A DNA stretch of 64,000 nt from Bacteroidota bacterium (lineage in GTDB: Bacteria; Bacteroidota; Rhodothermia; Rhodothermales; UBA10348), in NCBI GenBank assembly GCA_027622005.1, contig JAQBZH010000004.1:23586-87585 (forward strand). The letters run 5' to 3'. A program made the translations under genes and the position numbers. How positions within the stretch are numbered: the stretch's first letter is position 1; the number at the start of each line of letters is the position of its first letter. The notes under the pieces were generated by a model. It saw nothing but the letters and a program-made list of their open reading frames with translations. It was not told the origin of the DNA and searched no databases. This document shows positions 58,848 through 64,000 of this stretch, piece after piece.

Positions 58848-59603
58848 ATGAAGGGAGTTGTATTAGCTGGAGGAACTGGAAGTCGCCTTTATCCCCTGAC
58901 CCGCGTAACGAACAAACATCTGTTGCCGGTTGGAAGATACCCGATGATCTTTCACCCGCTTATGCGCCTAAGGCGAGCTGGTGTTAAAGAGATTGTGATC
59001 GTGACCAGTCCTGAACACATGGGGGACGTGGTAAATTTACTTGGAAGCGGCTCCCGACTGGGACTTGACCTTACGTACCGAGTCCAGGACGAACCAGGTG
59101 GAATTGCTCAGGCGCTATCACTCTGTGAGAACTTCGTAGGCGGAGAGCCTTTTGTGGTTGTGTTGGGAGACAACGTGTTAGGATCGGACATCGGACACGA
59201 AGTCGAGGCGTTTAAGGCTCAATTAGCATCCGGAGGTAGCGGAGCTAGGGTTCTATTAAAGAAGGTTCATGACCCTGAGCGCTATGGGGTACCCGAATTC
59301 GAAGGAGACCGCATTGTTCGAGTCATCGAAAAACCGTCTGTTCCACCGTCTTCTTTCTCCGTGGTTGGCATCTACTTTTACGATGCGTCCGTGTTTTCTT
59401 TTATCAACCGACTCAAACCCTCTGAACGCGGCGAGTTAGAAATCAGCGATGTCAGCAACATGTACGCTGACCAAGGCACCCTGACCCACGGCATTTTGAC
59501 GTCTTGGTGGGGTGATGCAGGCACATTTGACGGCTTAGAAGAGGCTGGAAAACTGGCCAGGGACTTGTTTTACGAAGAACTAGGTAGCGAGGGCGCCCGA
59601 TGA
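58848..59603 (+). CDS. Glucose-1-phosphate thymidylyl/nucleotidyltransferase, short form
   Basis: 251 aa. MKGVVLAGGTGSRLYPLTRVTNKHLLPV. Confidence 0.8.
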   Translation: MKGVVLAGGTGSRLYPLTRVTNKHLLPVGRYPMIFHPLMRLRRAGVKEIVIVTSPEHMGDVVNLLGSGSRLGLDLTYRVQDEPGGIAQALSLCENFVGGEPFVVVLGDNVLGSDIGHEVEAFKAQLASGGSGARVLLKKVHDPERYGVPEFEGDRIVRVIEKPSVPPSSFSVVGIYFYDASVFSFINRLKPSERGELEISDVSNMYADQGTLTHGILTSWWGDAGTFDGLEEAGKLARDLFYEELGSEGAR

Positions 59604-60073
59604 TTTGGAAAGAGGGCCACATCGAGGGCGTTTTAATTGAACCATTCAAAAGTTTTTCGGATGATCGGGGTTGGCTGGCGGAGCTATTTCGTTCAGATGA
59701 TCTGTCTGGAGACGATTTCCCAGCCATGGGATATATTTCCGGTACCCTTGCAGGCAAACAACGCGGTCCCCACGAACACGTTTATCAAAGCGACCGCTTC
59801 GGCTTTTTTCATGGTCACTATCGTTTATTCCTCTGGGATGCGCGCAAAGGGTCTACTTCCGAAGGAGTACGCTGCGTTTTAGACGTTGGCCTTGCCCACT
59901 CGGTTGTCGTGACCATCCCTCCCGGTGTGGTGCACGCATATGTCAACGCTGGCAGCGAAGATGCTTTTGTGCTGAATTTCCCCAATAAATTGTATGCCGG
60001 TTTAAACCGTAAGGAGTCCGTGGATGAAATTCGACACGAAGACCTTGAAAATTCTCCATACACCCTAGACTGA
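59600..60073 (+). CDS. RmlC-like cupin (dTDP-4-dehydrorhamnose 3,5-epimerase family), short form
   Basis: 157 aa. F.DDRGWLAELFR and PPGVVHAY cupin motifs. ATGA overlap with the preceding gene. Confidence 0.7.
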   Translation: MIWKEGHIEGVLIEPFKSFSDDRGWLAELFRSDDLSGDDFPAMGYISGTLAGKQRGPHEHVYQSDRFGFFHGHYRLFLWDARKGSTSEGVRCVLDVGLAHSVVVTIPPGVVHAYVNAGSEDAFVLNFPNKLYAGLNRKESVDEIRHEDLENSPYTLD

Positions 60074-60081
60074 TAATTAAA

Positions 60082-60777
60082 ATGGTTCTCGTTCTCTTTG
60101 ATATTGACGGTACGCTCATCACATCAGGAGGAACGGGTCGGAAAGCCATCGCCAAAGCGCTTTCCGAGTTTTGTGGTGTTGAAATTGATATGTCCAAAGT
60201 GGCCCTTGGAGGGCGCACAGATCCAGCCATCGTCAGGGATTGTCTCCGCCTAGGTGGGTTTTCAGAGCAAGAAATTCCAAGGCTCATTCCCGATTGCCTT
60301 GCAATCTATGCGGATGAGCTTGAGCGAGCGATCCGACCAGAACACGTAACCTTATTGCCAGGGGTCCAAACGCTTCTCGATCAGTTATCGCTGCACTCGG
60401 ATTACTCGTTGGGGCTCATAACGGGCAATTTGAAGAACACGGCCTATATGAAGCTAGGGGCGGGTCAAATATCGTCCTACTTTCCCTGCGGAGGATTTGG
60501 AAGTGATCACGAAGATCGAAATATGCTCCCGCGTTTCGCCAGAGATCGTGCAAATACGCATTATGAGCGTACTTTTAGCCCCATCAAAACCATCGTAATT
60601 GGCGATACCCAACACGATGTTAGTTGCTCGAGGCACTTTGGAGCATGGGCATTGGCCGTTTCCACGGGGATGTGCTCGTATGAGCTTCTGGCCTCTTGTG
60701 AACCTGATCTCTTAGTCACTGACTTAAGCAAAACAGAACTCATCTGGCCCTTTTTCGAAAGCGTATTGGACGCTTAG
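60082..60777 (+). CDS. HAD-superfamily hydrolase (phosphatase)
   Basis: 231 aa. Motif I LFDIDGTL, motif II ITGN, motif IV VIGDTQHD. Confidence 0.75.
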   Translation: MVLVLFDIDGTLITSGGTGRKAIAKALSEFCGVEIDMSKVALGGRTDPAIVRDCLRLGGFSEQEIPRLIPDCLAIYADELERAIRPEHVTLLPGVQTLLDQLSLHSDYSLGLITGNLKNTAYMKLGAGQISSYFPCGGFGSDHEDRNMLPRFARDRANTHYERTFSPIKTIVIGDTQHDVSCSRHFGAWALAVSTGMCSYELLASCEPDLLVTDLSKTELIWPFFESVLDA

Positions 60778-60795
60778 ACCGGGCAGTCAACTCGT

Positions 60796-61296
60796 TCATT
60801 TCACGTCGACCGAAAGCTGGTGTTCGGCGGCCACACGGTGAAAAATCATTCTCGACGTTCTTTCCACGATATCATAAACGTGGTCAAAGCCTTCTTTTCC
60901 ACCGTAGTAAGGATCTGGAACCTGGTAGTCTTCAGGATGGGGATCAAACTCTCGGAAGAGTCGGACTTTGGAAGCATACTTATGGCCAGGATCCAATGAA
61001 AGCATGTCTCTTAGATTGGATTTGTCCATGGCAAAGATGTAATCAAAGCTCGATAAATCCGAAGCTTCGAATTGACGCCCTTTTAGTTGGTCTATTTGGA
61101 GCCCATATTTTCGAGCGGTATGGCACATTCGCTCGTCCGGCGCCGACCCAATATGCCAGCCACTCGTCCCGGCGGAATCAACCGTTATCCGATCATTTTG
61201 TCCATGTTCTTCGACAATTGAGCGGAAAACGCCTTCCGCCAACGGACTTCGACAAATATTTCCAAGACAAACAAATAGCACTCGGATAGAACTCAA
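60796..61296 (-). CDS. Low-molecular-weight protein-tyrosine phosphatase
   Basis: P-loop VCLGNICRSP and the DPYYG acid loop. I prefer the TTG start at 61296 (MSSIRVLFVCLG...), 6 nt after AGGAGG and overlapping the upstream stop as TTGA. The track start is GTG 61329. Confidence 0.85.
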   Translation of the reverse strand: MSSIRVLFVCLGNICRSPLAEGVFRSIVEEHGQNDRITVDSAGTSGWHIGSAPDERMCHTARKYGLQIDQLKGRQFEASDLSSFDYIFAMDKSNLRDMLSLDPGHKYASKVRLFREFDPHPEDYQVPDPYYGGKEGFDHVYDIVERTSRMIFHRVAAEHQLSVDVK

Positions 61297-62780
61297 GCAT
61301 GCCCTCCTAACGTCCTGCGAACCATCCACGTATTCGCCATCTTAAAGATGGCGATTACTATTCCCCATTGGACGAGCAGGGTCATCACGCTATATGGATC
61401 CAGTGGGTTAAACCAAGACTCCGGTGCATAAACAGTTGCCGATAGCCAAAACCACCATCCTAAAAGTGCGACGGCTTGGAGCGGAATGACGTATTTGAGC
61501 ATCAGATCCCAAACAGGTCCGGCATTCCAATCACCCACAGTACCGTCAATGGCATCTTTTCGGAAGGCTGTTACGCCATATTTGTTGATGGAAAAGGCAA
61601 TAAAAGCACCTGAGATCATGAGTGCTACGCCCCAAACGAAGTCTTGATTACCGAAAAAAGTTAGGTTAATCGCGGACGGAATACCCATCAAAAAAGAAAC
61701 GGAGCAAACGGCAACTACGGCGTTTCTGCGGGCTATGCCCATATCAACAAAAATACGCGTGGTCAACTCAATCATCGAAATTAAAGAACTGAAAGCCGCA
61801 AACGAAAGTCCCAGAAAGAAGAGCATCGCTAGAGGATTACCAAAAGCCATTCGGGCAAATAACTGCGGCATCCAAATGAACGTTAAGCCAGTTGCTGCCG
61901 GGCCACTGTTCTGCATGACTTCCAGCACCTCAGGACGGGAAAGTTCGGACCCCAAAACGGCAAAAACAGTCCCAAAAATCGTGATGGCGGCAAGAAGGCT
62001 TACCAGATTGTTGCCAAATCCGGTAATTAGCGCATTTTTAACCACACCATGCTTGGAGTGCATATACGCACCATACGTCAGTATCAGTCCCCATCCGGCT
62101 CCTGTATCCCAAGCATTTTGAGTTAACGCTTCTAGCCAAACACGGGGAGATTTGAGCGTCGCCCAATCCGGAGTAAACAGAAATGCGATCCCATCTCCCG
62201 CGCCGTCCAACGTGACGGCTCGCACTAAACTGATGATCACGATCGCGAACAGGGCGGGGATTAAGATCTTATTGGCCCTTTCAATAGATTGGACCCCTTT
62301 CCAAACCACAAGGGCTCCAACTGTCATTGCGATCCCGTGGAAGACCACTGGAAGACCTGACATCTGAAATCCTTCCCAGATAGCCGTTGACGATTCGGCC
62401 GTAATCGGAAGCGGATTGACGACCATTTGGGAGAAGTAATACAGACACCAGCCCGCAACAACAGAGTAATAAAACATGATGGCGGTTGCCACGAAAGCAA
62501 TGAAAGCCCCCATCCAAGCATATTTCTCGCCGGCAATCTTTGCAATCGTACCGATCACTCCCATTCTACCTTTTCTTCCGAGCGCGTATTCCGCGATAAT
62601 CAAAGGCACCGACCAAATAAGCAAAAAAATGAACCAAGCGACTAAAAACGCTCCAGCCCCGGAATCACCGGCATTCGAAGCAGCAATTCTCGGAAAACGC
62701 CAAATATTGCCGGTTCCGACAGCTATTCCAAGAACGCTAAGAATCAGGCCGAGCTGACTTGAAAAACGATGATCTTTCAT
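61293..62780 (-). CDS. Sodium-dependent transporter of the neurotransmitter:sodium symporter (SNF/NSS) family
   Basis: 495 aa. GTGNIWRFP signature and about 11-12 TM. Confidence 0.85.
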   Translation of the reverse strand: MKDHRFSSQLGLILSVLGIAVGTGNIWRFPRIAASNAGDSGAGAFLVAWFIFLLIWSVPLIIAEYALGRKGRMGVIGTIAKIAGEKYAWMGAFIAFVATAIMFYYSVVAGWCLYYFSQMVVNPLPITAESSTAIWEGFQMSGLPVVFHGIAMTVGALVVWKGVQSIERANKILIPALFAIVIISLVRAVTLDGAGDGIAFLFTPDWATLKSPRVWLEALTQNAWDTGAGWGLILTYGAYMHSKHGVVKNALITGFGNNLVSLLAAITIFGTVFAVLGSELSRPEVLEVMQNSGPAATGLTFIWMPQLFARMAFGNPLAMLFFLGLSFAAFSSLISMIELTTRIFVDMGIARRNAVVAVCSVSFLMGIPSAINLTFFGNQDFVWGVALMISGAFIAFSINKYGVTAFRKDAIDGTVGDWNAGPVWDLMLKYVIPLQAVALLGWWFWLSATVYAPESWFNPLDPYSVMTLLVQWGIVIAIFKMANTWMVRRTLGGHA

Positions 62781-62810
62781 AGGGATAGGTTCAAATGGGG
62801 TATGGGATCT

Positions 62811-64000
62811 CTATTGGTTCATTTCCGAAGGACTGGCCGGCAACTTCAGTCGATAATAATCAAAATTGACGTATTTCTGCAGGTGATCGTCATAGAGCAT
62901 TGAAAATGGATTACCACTTTGTCCACCGGGATACACCCCCCACGCCTGGGGCGGCGAGGTGGAAAAATCGACTACGACCCTCCACGATGCGCTCCAATAA
63001 GTTGGGTTTGATGGCGCCGGGCTCAAGGTTTCGGAATAACCAGGAAAAGGAAACGGACCTCGCCAGAGCGACTTTAGTGCTTCGGATCGAGTAATGTGCC
63101 GAACGACCAGCGATCGCTCTTCCTGCCATTCTCGCTGCGTGAATGAATCGTTTTTCCACTTTTCACCTTCCTCGTCAAGCGTTTGGCGGAGCAGATCATT
63201 CAAAGTCTCCACTTCAGGAGTCGTAACGCGATCAAACCACTTCTCGTCTTTGGTCGCAAAAAGATCCAAAATTCGAATTTCTTTGGGCTTATTGCTTCCC
63301 GAAAACACCTGTTCATCCCATGTCAATTCGATGAGGGTTTTCATGAAAGCGGCGAAAAGCCCGGCTTCTTTCGAACTCAAGGCCATTTCTCCGTCAAATG
63401 AGAGCAGGACGCCGCGTAGCCGGTTGCCGGCTTCCGATAAACCCTCTACTTCACGTATAAGAGGAAGGAAAAGATCGGCCTGAACCGCTTTAACATCGGA
63501 TTGGTACTTTCTGATGTCCTCGGGCGTGTGAAGCTCGGTGCCTTCGAGCAGCTCATAAATTCGCATCGAGCGATAAATCGATCTGAAATCCTGATCTAAA
63601 TAAAACGGATACCCATCGGGGGCAGGGCGTTGATTCGTCGATGTGACAAATCCTTTATTTGGGGAAATGGCGTGCGGTAGTTCATCAAAAGGAACCCTTC
63701 CAATCCAAGCTGTCTTCGAAGTCGTCCCATCCTGAACGCCAAACGCGTTTCCCTGGGCTCTAATTGGCATGTAGCCGGTGCTCCTAATGGCTATTATTCC
63801 GTCCGCACCGGCGTACAAAATATTCTGCATCGGGTAGTCCCAGGCCCGAATTGCCGATTCAAACTCGGCATAATTAGTAGCCCGGTTCATATCCCAGATA
63901 GCCGAAAACGTTTTTCCGAACTCGTGTCCGACCCACTTAATGGCATAATCAAGCGCTTCCGCCGAATCCGAACTCTCGTTTTCGGATGAGATGACAGGTC
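62811..64000 (-). CDS. Penicillin-acylase (S45, Ntn-hydrolase) family protein, C-terminal part; the 5' end lies beyond the window
   Basis: The track ORF starts at M (63890), but the frame stays open upstream to the window edge (...SDSAEALDYAIKWVGHEFGKTFSAIWDMNRATNY...). NILYAGADGIIAIRSTGYMPIR resembles the acylase beta-subunit. The family call is from memory only. Confidence 0.6.
   Translation of the reverse strand, partial: PVISSENESSDSAEALDYAIKWVGHEFGKTFSAIWDMNRATNYAEFESAIRAWDYPMQNILYAGADGIIAIRSTGYMPIRAQGNAFGVQDGTTSKTAWIGRVPFDELPHAISPNKGFVTSTNQRPAPDGYPFYLDQDFRSIYRSMRIYELLEGTELHTPEDIRKYQSDVKAVQADLFLPLIREVEGLSEAGNRLRGVLLSFDGEMALSSKEAGLFAAFMKTLIELTWDEQVFSGSNKPKEIRILDLFATKDEKWFDRVTTPEVETLNDLLRQTLDEEGEKWKNDSFTQREWQEERSLVVRHITRSEALKSLWRGPFPFPGYSETLSPAPSNPTYWSASWRVVVDFSTSPPQAWGVYPGGQSGNPFSMLYDDHLQKYVNFDYYRLKLPASPSEMNQ

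Noticed and set aside
1-64000. CRISPR arrays, transposases, integrases, prophage genes or recognisable defence modules (RT, nucleases, helicases, STAND/AAA ATPases, TA pairs)
   Set aside because: I found no spacer-repeat periodicity, no IS-like inverted repeats and no such protein motifs in any of the supplied translations. The window looks like core chromosome.

Overview
This 64 kb window is densely packed (about 55 protein genes and 3 tRNAs) and reads as core chromosome of an FCB-group bacterium (Bacteroidota / Balneolota / Rhodothermota-like). That lineage call is an inference from several features: a Bacteroidetes-style ECF-sigma/FecR/STN-TonB-receptor module, S46 and DUF4835 proteins, a type-2 IleS, a cysteine-poor DksA-like protein, and a TTG-N19-TAnnTTTG promoter upstream of tRNA-fMet. 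Most genes are housekeeping: lepA, ileS, lspA, alaS, polA, serA/serC, pntAA/AB/B, yggS, divIVA-like, thiE, rfbB/A/C-like, plus tRNA-fMet, tRNA-Leu(TAG) and tRNA-Ser(CGA). Secreted or periplasmic peptidases are unusually frequent: S46, M14, glycosylasparaginase, M24, M3, M16, S45-like and a Peptidase_MA-like domain. I saw no CRISPR array, transposase, integrase, phage genes or recognisable defence genes. I cannot point to a clearly novel system. The candidates most worth a second look are: (1) an envelope gene cluster of unknown function at 28.8-35.5 kb, containing a ~1010-aa protein that appears to fuse an HExxH peptidase-like domain, TolB-like repeats and an Omp85-like barrel; (2) a cell-surface-signalling module at 1.3-6.0 kb with an intact sigma factor, a frame-split anti-sigma gene and a TonB-dependent transducer carrying an in-frame TAA; (3) a PadR plus orphan duplicated FtsX permease pair; (4) an archaeal-type GGGP-synthase (PcrB-family) gene overlapping alaS by GTGA; (5) several unusual translationally coupled pairs (SNF transporter/LMW-PTP, Xaa-Pro peptidase/REC-PAS-kinase). 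All family calls come from reading motifs in the supplied translations. No database search was run.
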